Below, piece after piece: positions 10,433 through 23,860 of a stretch of 64,000 nt of DNA (its first letter is position 1; every line of letters starts with the position of its first letter). Below the pieces are notes generated by a model, which searched no databases, was not told where the DNA came from, and was given only the letters and a program-made list of their open reading frames with translations. The position numbers were made by a program, and so were the translations under genes. This DNA comes from Podarcis liolepis (taxonomy: Eukaryota), in assembly GCA_965112155.1 (NCBI GenBank), contig OZ218098.1; one strand, given 5' to 3'.

Positions 10433-13400
10433 ACACGGCCCTCTCTTCATGGTGTCCAAAGCCACTTTCAGATAAATTGTAAAGCTTAGCTCTATTATGG
10501 AAGAGCAATGGGTGAACTTTTGTAATTTGAGTATGGCAAGAGAAGCAGTAACTCTGTGGTCTAAATTCTGTGCTTTAGGAAGGCATGAGTGGTCCTGTGT
10601 GACAGTATCTATAAAATATCTGAAACTCTGCCATAAGCAAACAATCTTGGGGTTTTCAATCAGACCTGACAAAGATACAAGCCTTTTTCAATTCTTTTTT
10701 AAGCCAGCATCTACTAAGGTGCTAAGAAGATGGCTAATGGTAAATGTTTGATAGCAGCATTAGCTAGGATGGAATCACCAGATACAATCAAAAGGGCACA
10801 CTATTTAATCTGCAGTGCAGGGAATCTCCTTGCTACCAAGGCTAAGGAATTCTAAGAACTGGATCTTATATTCTTGTTACCTTAACTAGAAAATGTCACA
10901 TCATTTGCAAATATGATAAGCAAGAATACATTCAGAAAGGACAAAAGCAACACAGGTAGTATGCCTTTCATCACGTTCCTGGAAAGACTTGCACCAATAC
11001 TGCAAAGGGATCAGCAGTAGTTTGTTCTATTTTCTTGGAAACAAGATGGTCTGTGGGTGATAAGTGCAAAAGCAGGTTGATATGAGCAGCAGCTTAGTCC
11101 TGAACGCTAAAATCTCTATAAAAGTGAAAGCTGGTCTACAGAGATAGCAGCCAAAATGTCATGTTTCAGCAAATGGCATTCTGGGAGGGTGGTAAAGGGG
11201 GTTAACTAGAGGTTCCTGGAAATGTTATTACCACAGAGAAGGCCCACTATTAAGAGGGAGCTAACTCAGTGATGATATCCTTTTTTCATGCTGTACAAGC
11301 TACAGGAGCACTAGTTAGAAGTCATTTCTGTTTATCACTATGATATTTCTAAGGTGCAGTAATCATGACATTTCAAACGTTTGCCCTACATGTTTCCTTA
11401 TTCTTGTGATGAACCACTTCTACATGGCAAAATTTCCCTAATATCTCTTGCCATGTGGATTACCCATAGAAATTATCTTCCACTGGCTCTAAATGTTGCT
11501 GTAATCAGTGGCATGAATGTCTCTGCGTAGTCAGAGAAAATTGTAGGCAGGGCCAATAATAAGGAAATGACTTCTCATGGTTAAATGTAATATGTAGACC
11601 AATGCTCAGCTATCACTTACTATAGGAAGGTTCTGTATCGTCCCAAAACAACATCGCTGCATAGCAACTGGACCAGACCAATATGGTTCAAGTTGAATCA
11701 TTTCAGTTCAAAACCGGTTCATTTCTGGCAACCTGGGCTGGCCTGTCCATGACACATGCTGAGGCAGCTGCCTGAAGAGCCAGAAACCAAGGGGGTGCTT
11801 CTATGGGTGCCCACCACCACAGGAGGAGGAGATCCGGTGCCTTCTGGGTTCTGGCAAGATTGCTAATTAGGAAATTTCTCTGAATGTTTACCTAAAATCT
11901 TATTGCATGTCATTTTTACCTATCAGTTCTGACCCTGTCTTTTTTTTGGGGGGGGGGGTAATGTGCTTCAGCTTCTCTGTAACAGTGTTTCCATTATAGT
12001 TAGCCTTCTTTTCCAGGTTCAACACACTTCTTCCAACTATTGCTCATTATACTTGGTTTCCAGACCCTTCAGCATCCTGGTCTGCACATACTCTAGTTAG
12101 TCAGTGTCCTTCTTAAAACATGACAGTCAGAAATGGCAACTGCAAGCATGCCCAACTGAATGCTTGCAAGAAATATTTGAGTGAAAGCAACCATGCTTGC
12201 AGCTTACCATGAGCAGGATGTGCAGAGCTATGTTTATCCTGATCCTGCAAACTGCTAGTGCTAGTGCTACCACATCTCATTTCTCTGCCTAAAGGTTGAA
12301 AAAACCCCACCTTAATTGCAGTCAGGTGAAGGGAAATACAGAAATGGTGGCAACTGCAGGCGCTCTGCATCCCAGTGGAATGTTGTTGTTTCTCCTGCCT
12401 CCAAGTCCCAATATATCCAGTGGGAAAGTGTGTCAAGTGGGGTACACAGTAGCAGTTTCCAGCCAATGAGATCAAGAGCTGTAGTGGGAAAAGACAACTG
12501 GGAGGGGGGCACTTGCCACAGGTACCCCCTCTGCCTTTCACTTTCATCTACTCCAAAGTAAGTTTCTTTACCTGCAGGCAGGGAAAGAAGGAGGTGGCTG
12601 AGGCACCTTTAGATGCTTCTCAACCACATTCCAGGGGTTCTTGCATGCATTCACTTGCAGCATGCACAAAGTTTTGACCCCTTTCTGGTTAAACAAAGGG
12701 GTGTTAGTGAATTTCTTCCTATTTGCATCATCCCCACCACCACCACCACTCCATTTGCAAAGATGAAGGATGCTTCCAGATGACCCTTTGTTTCAGCAAT
12801 CATCCTGATTTGTTTCCAGGGAGGCTAGATGATGCTGTGCCAAAGCAAGTGGTGCCCCACACTTTCCACTTCATTGTCCTTATTGCAAATTGCCCAGTTG
12901 TTGGGGGAAGTCGGTTTATTGTGCAATATCTTCCAATCAACTATAATTGCACAACCTGAATTTGCCAGTGTGTGACTGAATCTGACCTGAAAATAGCAAC
13001 AACCTGGAAGCACCCTGAATCTTCCCCTCCCAAACTATGCTCTTGTGTGTGCAATATCACTCTGGACTGGACTCCTTTAAACTTAACATTAAAAGGTTCC
13101 GTATTCAAAGAGGTAATCACATTTGTGCCTATCAGCCGCCTTGGACATCGTCCCAAAACTTGTGCACGCTGCAACATTTTCCAAAACACTTAGAAGCCCT
13201 TTGATGAGAAGGCAACAACTGTTTCCTACCATCCCATATATTGGGAGGTTGTACAATCTTGCAGGGGCAGCTTTGAGGTGAGTGGAGTAGGAGACTTCTG
13301 AAGTATCTGAAAGCAGTAAGACCAGCCAGCAGCTTATAGAGTGACAATAGCTTGCAATCTTTCTTTAAAAAAAAAAAATTGCATAAGATACTGCATAGGA

Positions 13401-14150
13401 GTGAAGTGGAATCTTTTCCCTTTAAAAGGTCAACTTCAAAACAAAAGGTGCTGGAAGATGTGGAGAGAAGATGCCACGTATGGAGTACAGACTCCCAGAG
13501 AACTGAAGAACAATGGGCTATATATAGAAGACTCTGCCAGTCTAGATATAACTTGCACTCTCCTGAACCCTGGAATACTAAGACACTAGAAAAGGAAATG
13601 AAATAAAGACTAGCTATCGGTATAGAATCTCAGGAAACGGCAGGCCATAATGCACAGAGAACACTCTGTGCAAGGTCTGTTTTAGCATCTCTTAAAGGGG
13701 ACGCTTGGAGGAATTGTCCTCCCAGCTCTTAAGCCATTCAAGTGCAGCTGTCTCAGTGCAAACTATTTGTGGAACACTAACTTCGTGCTATCTTTTATAT
13801 GTGACAGATTGTAATTATGCTAATGATATGCTTGCAGCGTATGGACCTAAAGGGGGGGAAATGGCAAGATCTGTATTTTAACATCACAATAGATTCAAAA
13901 GTGTGTCAAAATCTTTGGGGTTGTGTGTGCTGCATATTAATCACCTCATAAATTTATTCAGCATCCAACAATAGCCACTGACTGAGACCATCTCCTGGTT
14001 AATTAACTAACATGGAAGCTGTCTGAGGAAGCAAATGTCTGTCTCTTATCCATCATTCTTTTATAAATTTTTATCCGGACACGGTTCAACTCTTTGAGAA
14101 CCAAAGGCATGTAATTTAATTCTAAAATTTAAAATGTGTAAACTGCTGCA

Positions 14151-14153
<3 letters not shown>

Positions 14154-14194
<41 letters not shown>
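14154..14194. repeat. (AC)20 microsatellite
   Basis: Perfect dinucleotide run. Confidence 0.98.
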
Positions 14195-14195
<1 letters not shown>

Positions 14196-14228
14196 TTCCA
14201 GAGTGCATCAGCCAAGAGTGCATTGTAG

Positions 14229-14465
14229 CAGAGGTGGAAAGCCTCAGGCCTGGGAGCCAAATAAGTCCCTTCTGGTCTCTCTGTCTGCCCCTTGGAATTC
14301 TCCACAGGCCACGCCCCTCACTGGTCCTGCTTTTCAACTTCCTTGTGTGTTTTTGCCTGGCTGGCATGTGTTCTTCAATTCTCATAAAGCCTCACGCTTT
14401 TCTGGATGGAGGAGAGAGAGGGATGTGGTATATGAGTATCTGCAGAAAGCAGCCTACTGTACAAA
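14229..14465 (+). mobile_element. hAT-type MITE fragment; a related piece lies on the minus strand at about 62205-62545
   Basis: Starts CAGAGGTGGAAAGCC... and ends AGCCTACTGTACAAA, whose reverse complement resembles TTTGTACAGTGGGCT near 62310-62325. Confidence 0.5.
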
Positions 14466-17127
14466 CTCTGAATGCAGTTTCTCTTCGCGTTAATGGATAA
14501 GAAATGGTTTTAAAAGGGCATATATTGTTGGCATAGCAGTAGCTATACTGCTAATTTTCCAGAATAAAGGGGGGGACCCCTTTCCAATCACTGCCATCTT
14601 AGCAAAGTGGGGTTCTCCTCTCTGATGAAACACTTTCTGTCTACACTTCTAGCCTAAAAGAAATGCTAAACACTTCATTATTTGCAATTTTGTGGGTAAT
14701 AATGGACAAACACTTTTTTTTAGTTTTTAGGATTACATAAATAATTCCTTTATTGCTCAGATTTGTTCTTCTCAAATGGCTGCTCGTGTGGACCTTTTCA
14801 TTCCCCACACATAGCACCTATGTAATGCCCACCGGTTTGGACAGAACATATATAAGGATGAACATACATAAATAGTACAATATCCCCAATAGGTGCAAAA
14901 AAACCAATTGCTATTCTGCTTGCAGCTTGTAGCAGAGGAGCAATGATTTATTAGCACTAGGAGCCACCCATTGGGAAACAGCCTAGGAGAAACAATGAGC
15001 AGCGGGGGTGGGGGGGAAGAGCATCTGGGCAGGAGCTCCATAACTAAGGAAGGATGGAGGACATTTGAAATAAGCAGCCACACCTTTGGTTATTGTCCTG
15101 TAGCAGGACAAAGCAGAGAACACTTATTTTCATGTCCTATCTGTAGGGAAGGCTTAACTTGTAAACTAGCCTCAAATGATTGGCCTTCAGATGGTATACT
15201 GATATTGCTGCTTTCACAGTATGGGCAGCAATACCTATAACTCTCCAAAATGGGTCTAAAAACCTTCCACAGTGTATTTTTAAGTATGGATCTTATTTTA
15301 ATGTACACTAAATAACAGCAATAGAAACACAAGTATACATACACACATTGAATAAGGAACACTGGCATGTGTGCAGTCATGCCCCATGTTGGCAATGGAT
15401 CTCACATGTAAGGCAGATAGGGTGCATGGGCAAGAGAAGGGCAAGTGGAGAGAGAAAGACAGGTAGCCTTGATTGAGAATAGGCCTCAAAGACTGGGTGA
15501 CAGAGAAACAGAAGGGAGAGTAGATGGGTGGGGGTTCACAAAGTGAACTGATTTAAATGCTTGATTTGGGGAAGTGGGGGAGAAGTGTGTGAGCATTGGA
15601 ATGTACCATCCAAAACATCAGCTGCAGACCTTAGAGTCCAAGGGCACAGAAAATGGGAATAAAATTAAATTTAGAAAACCCAAATAAGAACACCATGAAG
15701 GAACAGAGTCCCAAAGGAGAAATGCCAGATAAATGGGATGTCTAAACTAATTTGTGCAAATTTGGATTAAGACTAGCATGCCGTCAACTCAGAAGATGAG
15801 TTGTATTGACATAACATTACGTGATTGTGCTGACAATGCTAAACCAAAAAACCATCAAACTGTAATTGTATATTTTTTTCGCCAGACAAGATTAAGATTC
15901 TGTGTCACAAACTTGCATCTTAAAAAAGCAGATTTGAAAAGTGACTTGGGATTTACATAAAAGTCATTCAAATTCAATACTTTTAAGTTTTATCTTGCTT
16001 AGCTGACTTTCAGACATTAGTACAGCAACATGAATTAAGCTGATCTTTGACAGGAGCAAATACGATATCGCTCTCGCTGTTTACATTTGACTGTTATCTA
16101 CTTGCATTACAGCTGTTGATTAAGGTAGTCGTGCAACCATCATCTGGAATAATGTTTGGAAAATGACACTTTGGGAATAAATTTAATTTGTAAAGCATCC
16201 TAAAAGTGTTATGATGTTGTTTGGAAATTGATTTTCAGCAGGGTGCATTTAGTAAAGGGATTTTGCCCTAATGGAGACTGTCTCCTAATGGAGACAGAAA
16301 AAGAAAATATATCTTCCTTTGTTTCCAAAGGTATAGAATGCTCAGGGATCATGTATTCAAAGCAGAGGACTCAACTATCTTTTCAGTCATTCTTATTTAA
16401 CAGCCGGGATGACATCAGGAGTCAGCATCACCAAGCACCAGCTGAAGCAGGGGGGCGACTGCTGACCATTAGAGACCCCTGGCCCTGTTTCTGCTCCTCC
16501 CATCAATTACCCCCTGCTCTTCTATCCTTTTCCTCTGGTCCAGAGATGTAAAGTTCCAGCAAGCAATAACAATAAGCAGAAAAAACAGCAGCCTGCTCAG
16601 TTGCCTGTCGATTCTGAGCAAGGGTGAAGACTGGGATTAGAAGCAGAAGGGCAAGTGGACGGTTGCAGCAAAAAGAGGGGCTTACTGAAGCCATATTGCC
16701 TCAGCCTCCTCCCAAACCTGGGCATCTTCTGTAAGCACCTCTTCTCTTCCATGCAGTTACCCCAACTTGCCACTGTTTAGTAGGTCTTTTCCTAATGTAA
16801 CATATTTTGGCTCTATTTTGTCTTTTGAAGAGAGATTGAGGATGTCTGTATAAATATGGCCCTAGAACTGTTTTCAGTTTATGAATTTAAAATCCTTCTC
16901 CTCTTTGGTGGTACAGTGAGACACTCATTGCAAAAGCAGATTGAGATTTGTTTGTCCTTTTCCTGACAGCAGCTTCTTGCATTGCACCAGAATCCACCGT
17001 GGAAGCAGCTAGCTGGGTGTACTTGGAAAGACCTAACCTGGAAGCCACGCAGAAGTCACAGTTCTCATTCTGGAACACAGTTGCTCCAAGGACTAAATAG
17101 TAAAGACCATTTACCAAGAAAGGAACA

Positions 17128-17302
17128 TGTGCAGCTCAGTAGTAGAGCACATGCTTTGCAAGCAGAAGGTCTCAGGTTCAATCTCTGCTGACTCCGGGTA
17201 GGGATGGTAAATGCCCCTGCCTGAAACCCTGGAGTCATTACCAGTCAGTGTTGGCAATATTTTGCCAGATGGGTAAATAGCCTGGCAGCTCCCTATGTTT
17301 CT
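17128..17302 (+). mobile_element. tRNA-derived squamate SINE (decayed)
   Basis: Pol III box A-like AGCTCAGTAGTAGAGC and box B-like GGTTCAATCTC, body CCTGAAACCCTGGAG..CCAGTCAGTG, tail GGCAGCTCCCTATGTTTCT. Related copies lie at about 23865-23970(+), 26430-26520(-), 32090-32245(-), 57750-57930(-) and 57975-58075(+). Confidence 0.75.
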
Positions 17303-19673
17303 GCTTGAAATGGCACCTGCATAAGCAAGGCAGCAAAGGCAGAGCGCAGGAAGGACCTGGTTAGACTGACAAGAGTCTTCCAAGCATGCTTAATGTATAG
17401 TTGGACTCAGAACAAGGCTGAAGATTCACAGCAAACCTAGCTAAACAATGGTGGTGTTTTGTGCGAGTTAAACCTTCCAAGTGGCTCAAGTGTTTTGCTG
17501 GAGAGCGAGGAACAAAAGGCGGGGAGGGGGAGATCTTTTGCCTTGAGAAAATTATATGTAACATCAATAATGAACAACAGCAGCATTTATTGCTTTGCTA
17601 ATAGGCTACTATGGGACATTTTATTCCACTTCTTTGTTTCGACAAGCTCATTTTCTTTTAAGGGGACATTTACATTAATCTTCCCTGGTGTTCTGTTCTT
17701 TTTATCTATAGTTAATACTAAACTTCCTTGTGCTAAACAGTGTTACTGAAATTATATGATGGTACTGATACGGCTATTCACATACATTTTAAAGCCAACA
17801 TCATTAGCTCTCCTGCTGCCTAGAAACCCAGGTTACCAAAGAGACTCTGAATGTGATTGCTGTCCCTATAATACTGCCAGATTTGTTAATGAGATGATAA
17901 TCTCTCTCTCTCTCTCTCTTGTCTTAGACCAATTTTTGTCATTGTCTTTCAAACAGTACATTGGAATGATTAACATTTAAATAAGCTCCAGTATACTGCA
18001 CTGTGAATCAGGTTTATGAAAATATACCTAGCATCCTGATCTAGGGGCTAAGCCACGTTCCCAGTGGTGTGGTGCCATTTCCTTTGGTTTATATCTGGAA
18101 GCAAGGATATCTTTTTAGTCATATGTAGAGAGAAAGCAAAAATAAATAACATAACCAACATAAAATATAGTGCATTAGCCTAGTTTCTGGAAGTGATGGC
18201 AACAGTGTTGAGTTGTGTAGCAGTTTCAGGACATGGTCCACCAACAATTAGTAGGATCTGTAATTGAAAACAATGGAATACCTGCAATCTTAGAGAAGTG
18301 GGCACCACTAAACACAGTGGGGCTTACTTCCGACTAAATATGCTCAAGACTGTGCATATTTCCCTCCCATACAGGGTGACCAAGGCAGTTTCTGTACCAA
18401 AACGAGGCCTGAAACCTGACTGAAATGGATCTAGAAAATCTGTGTCTTCAAGAGTACCTGGATTTGATTGGCAATGATCCTCTCTATGACCATGCCCAGA
18501 AAGGGGACATTTGCTACAGATCTGAAGTTATTAAGATCTCCTGGGTCTAGGGAAGGCTTCATCAGAAATGGTCTTACTATCGTATCCCATGTATTCTCAT
18601 GTACAGAATATATAAATGGAAGCCGCCACCACTATCACAAGCATAAGCATGTTCATCATCAAAATTATCCAAACTTCAATAATGCCAACAGAATATCTTG
18701 GTATGACTTACACCTATCTGGTAGGTAGAGTAATTGTATTTTAGAAGAGTTGACCAGCAGGATGATCTTGTTTCCAAGTGTCCTTAAAAGCCCCCTGCTT
18801 ATTATTTTACTTAGCAGCAGTTTCTCCATGTACCTCAACCTGATTTTTTGAATGACTTGAGTGTTTTATGTTTACTGTAGCTAACATCCAAATTAAATAT
18901 TGCTTGTTTATTATTTGACATTGGATCCAGAGTGTTATTTCTATTAATTGAAGGACTTCAACTCTACTTTTCTTATCGTTAGAAGACCATGGAGGAACAA
19001 GTCTGCTTCAATATAGTTTCATGTCCCAAATGGCACCACCCACTTGACATTAAAAAGTTTTGCTGTACAACAGACATCAGCATCTGCCTTCATCCAGCTC
19101 ACTAAATTATGTTGCTTGGAGCAGCCTGCTCTGCCTTGTTGCATAGAACAGTCAGCAGCTGTCCGAGGAATCTATAGTGCACTTACCAACAGAAGTTGAG
19201 TTACAGATAATACAAAATTACTCTTTTCATTCTCTCATAACATACATAGTAGCAACACTTTCAACTCTCGGAGGTGAAAATTTGAAAGCTTTAATGAAAA
19301 GGACTGAGGGATTGAATGCAATTGGTATGGTGACGCAACAGTCACCAAGTTGCAGGCAGCAATCAAGAGAGTTGAGAACAAATTACTCTAAATGTACCAC
19401 AAAACTTAATAGAGCAGCTGCCCAAGGAAGCATCATTTTGAATTTAATTTTATCTTTGCAATCCCCAAACCATTTTTAAGGCATTAGCTTGCAAGTATAC
19501 CAGAGTAACAGTGACAGACAGCACCACTCTGCTGACCACTACAATGTTTTCTGAAAAACAAAGAAAATGGCATTTGAACCAAACATCCATTTATAAGAAA
19601 AAATAAAGGGATAACTATAGGAGCTTTTTAACTATAGGAGTTAAAAACTTTTTAACTATAGGATAACTATAGG

Positions 19674-20188
19674 AGCAATGACAAACCTAGACAGCATCCT
19701 AAAAAGTAGAGACATCACCTTGCCAACAAAGGTCCGTATAGTAAAAGCTATGATTTTCCCAGTAGTGATGTATGGAAGTGAAAGCTGGACCATAAAGAAG
19801 GCTGATCGCCGAAGAATTGATGCTTTTGAATTATGGTGCTGGAGGAGACTCTTGAGAGTCCCATGGACTGCAAGAAGATCAAACCTATCCATTCTTAAGG
19901 AAAACAGCCCTGAGTGCTCACTGGAAGGACAAATCCTGAAGCTGAGGCTCCAATACTTTGGGCACCTCATGAGAAGAGAAGACTCCCTGGAAAAGACCCT
20001 GATGTTGGCACAAGGAGAAGGGGACGACAGAGGATGAAATGGTTGGATAGTGTTCTCGAAGCTACCAGCATGAGTTTGACCAAACTGCGGGAGGCAGTGG
20101 AAGACAGAGGTGCCTGGCGTGCTTTGGTCCATGAGGTCAAGAAGAGTCGGACACGACTAAACGACTAAACAACAACAACAACAACAAC
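19674..20188 (+). mobile_element. 5'-truncated BovB (RTE-clade) LINE with intact 3' end
   Basis: Encodes MTNLDSILKSRDITLPTKVRIVKAM...WTIKKADRRRIDAFELWCWRRLLRVPWTARRSN...LKLRLQYFGHLMRR, the BovB ORF C-terminus. There is a frameshifting deletion near 20008, a (CAA)n tail, and a 14-bp TSD ATAGGAGCTTTTTA at 19617-19630 and 20189-20202. Confidence 0.96.
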
Positions 20189-23100
20189 ATAGGAGCTTTT
20201 TAGTTAAATACTTTCCATAAAGCTGATCCACTGCAAAGAAAATTTCACACTAGTCTATGTCTATTAATTCCCTGTTGTTCCATGCAAGCACTTAAAATAT
20301 TTACTTAGCAAAACAGGTGGCATATAAGCTCCTTGATGTCATCCTTAGATTCTCCCTCCCCCTTCATTCACATTCTCTTAATCTGGTTTAACAAGTATTT
20401 GAGTGTGTCGGCTCTTTACTCAGCAATGATGCCTTTTTAAAAGTTCTACAGCCTCAAAGTTCCCACCCTGTGGCTTTGTGAGTGTTTTCAGTTAACTTCT
20501 CTTCTGCCATCTGCTGCAGGCAGCAGGACTTTAGTTCTGCCCCACAGCAGGCAAGAGAAATGGGTAGTTTCTTCCAAACTGGTTCTGTGTGCAATGTCTT
20601 TTTCCAAGGTATCACTTGGCACCACCTTCACCAGAAGTCACTCTTTATAGCATCCCGGTGTGGCTGCTCCTTCTTCTCCCTCTGACCACTCATCACCATC
20701 CCATCACCAATCCCCTAGGCTCTGAGCCTTCTTCCCCTTGGGGGTCCCTAGCCAGTGGCTCCCACCATTCCTCTTAATCCAGCTGGTCCATGACACATAT
20801 TGAGACGGCGTATTTAAGAACTTGAACTGAAAAAAAGCTAACAAAGAAAATCATGCCAGCAATGCATCTCTTGAATCTTTAAAGAATGTGTATCAGTAGC
20901 AGAATATTGGATCCCTTCAACCAAGTAATAGATTAAGCCCTATAATCCAAACACAAATAAACAAAGCTATTTGTCAGCTGGCCCCCTTGGATGTTGTTAA
21001 CAGGCAACCAGCATGCTGGTAGCCTACAGCAAGCTACGGGCCCTGTGGAATCCTGACAGCTAACAGATGAATTCCTTTGGAATTCTATTAAATAAATTAA
21101 TAATCTGAGCAACATCATTAGAACAGGAAATCTATTTTCTACAACAGCTGTTGTTGATCAACTGGTTTTTCTTTCCTATCCATTGTAAGGCAGTGCAAGT
21201 GTGCCTAGGTGTTCAGGGAAGGCAGACAGGCAAAGGAGACACTCACCCTACACATCATTACAATAATGACACCACCATCTTTTCCCACCAAGTTAGGTTC
21301 ATATCGCAAGAGAAAATGAACAGAAAAGATTTCTATGGATGGGGAGCAAGTTTCTGTTCTGTCTGCACAGCCCATTGCCGGTCAAATGTAGCCTTCAGCT
21401 GCATATGAACGTGAATATGATTTGGCACCTAGAATCCTATGTACACCACCCTATGCATATTTACTCAGAAATAAGTGTTGTTTGTGTAAAATGGCTCTTC
21501 CCCATTCATTGACATTGAAAGGGCTGCAAGCTGGTCAAACTTCACTCTTGTAATTACTCTGTTAACACCAGAAACCATTTACCACAGTTTGCTGTGTGCA
21601 AATGCCTGTAACTTCACAAATCTCTCTGTGGTTCACTTCTTAGTAATCATAATGTGTTTAAATTCCATTCCCATCCCTTTTTCAACTTATCTATTGTTAA
21701 TGAAACAATGTTTCTGTGTTGGTTGCCTGCATACCTTAAGTAAAATTACAATTTGTGAAACAAGTACAGAATGCATTCTTTTCTTTTTTTCTAACTTTGG
21801 ATGTTGTGTTGTTTTCAACAATTCTGGGGGAAAGTAAGTAACAGGAGCTAGGTTGGTAGCATGGCCACTCTTTTGCATTTTGTGGCCACCACAGTGCCCC
21901 AAACATCATGCAAGTCTGCTTTGGGGGGAAATGACACATTATTCTACACATCCCGCCTTTAATTCATGCTTGGGATTTTTTTTAAAAAAATGTAACTTTG
22001 CACTTTTGACAGAATGAGTGGAATTTGCAGACATACTAACCCCTCCACAGGGAATACAGCATGCCAAATTACAGGTAAATAGGTTCAGAACGAAAATACA
22101 TTCACTTGCCTCACCTGAATCACCAGGATTGGATAAAACCATTCTATCTACTTTCAAGTTTGTCATGTCAGTCACAACACAGGTCTCTCTCTTCCCATTC
22201 TGGTATTTGCTCTATGCACATGCACACACCACATTTTCCTTATATAATGAAGCTAGAGACTTGGCTTTCACTTATTGCAGACATGTTTTTAGTTTTGTTG
22301 TTTTTGGCATCTAAGTAGATAAGGCACCACAAAGCTCTTCAAGGATCCCCAATTCAACTTGGGGTGTTTTCACACAGAACCTGCCCTACTTTGCATAAGG
22401 CCCCAAACCCTTTGAAGTACCCTGCTTCAGTTTGGGGTTCATCTGAAACCACTACATACTCCCAGCCTCTGGGAAGGAACATGCATATTAAGAAGACATT
22501 TTGCATTGCCAAACACTATTTTGGAAAGCAGAATTCTTCCACTGAAATGCTTCTATAAGAAAACACCTTATTCACAATGTCTTGGGCTCTGTGAAATTAT
22601 TTTCCTCTAAATCCCCAGCCATTTCCTGGATCTTTAGAGAGTTCACTGCAATTCAGCACAGAGTCAGCTTTTCATTTGTATTTCCTTCATTGTGGAGATT
22701 AAAACATATTTTAAAAACTGCTTTATCAGTATAAAACAGTGTGAGCTATTATGCTTTTGTCACTTACTAAAGTCCATGCTATTTCCATGAGCTTTCATTG
22801 TCTGTGGCAGATAATGTTTTTATGTTTGTTTTTAACTGCTGCTCATGTCTCTCCTCAGCTGATTGTTTTATATTGTTGTTTTAAGCAATCATAATTTTAA
22901 ATGTTGTGAACCTCCCTGAAGGAAGCTTTTGCACATGGAAGGGCTGGATGTAAATGTTTTAAGTAAAATAAAAGTAAAATAAATAAATAAAAAGGACTAC
23001 ATTCTTGGTTATTCAAAGTTGTGTTTTCTAACTTAGGGACTGGAAAATCAGTCCACTTCCAGCCTGTAACACTTTGTACCTGTTCACTTTAAAATCTGTT

Positions 23101-23784
23101 CCAGACAATTTCTTCATTAATCTGTAAGGTTTATATTAACCTGCACCAAAAAATCACACTGAAATACATTGTAGAAATGGTATTTTTAAAAACACATTTT
23201 ATCTGAAAACCTTTATTTTATTTTTAATCAATCCTTATTTCAAAATGTATTTCTGATATGTTTTTTCCCAGGCAAGAATTGCATTTGTGCTCAATCATTC
23301 AGGAACTGTAAAAGCTGGTTGGAAACTGAGTCTAGGTGGATAACTAGTCTAGCAGATGAAGACCCCAGTTAAGGTCAAGTGATTCAAGCATCTCTATATC
23401 CAGCACACTGACATTAACCCTCTTCTCAGATGTTGGGAATGCCTAGAGTGTAAACACTGAGGGGTCGTGTTCATTGACTTTGTGCCTCCTTCCAACTTCC
23501 ACACATTCAGCATTAAGTAAAAATAGGATCTATGCATTTTGGTTTTCCGTACGCATCACTGGAAGCCCTGGTGTAATCAGAAATCCTCATTGCAAGGTCC
23601 TCTGTTTTGTGTTCTGTGGCGCCGCTTATAACCTTTTGCTTTGTAATGTAATATGCATTATAAACTATAAGGCCTTTAGGACTCCACTGCTTGCTTAAAC
23701 TGCATGATCAGCTGAGTTCTTGTGAAGATTAGTGAGATACAAGCAACAATTTTTTTTCTATTCTAGGAGTACTTTTTGAACTGT

Positions 23785-23860
23785 CTATGTCAAAGGAGGC
23801 TCAGGTGGCATCCGTGGCTGAGAAATGCCTTCTACCAGGTTTGGCTGGCTCTCCAGCTAT
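23785..23860 (+). mobile_element. L2 ORF2 internal remnant
   Basis: Translates EAQVASVA and, after a frameshift, AFYQ, matching the L2 EAQVASVARSAFYQL motif. Confidence 0.5.

Noticed and set aside
12113-13606. Cluster of overlapping 60-144 aa ORFs
   Set aside because: No recognisable domain, no consistent strand or splice structure, and the number of ORFs is compatible with chance.
17128-17200. tRNA-like A and B boxes (also at 28827 and 53400)
   Set aside because: These are SINE heads followed by SINE bodies, with no complete cloverleaf.
19656-20132. 158-aa minus-strand ORF
   Set aside because: Antisense shadow of the BovB coding frame.
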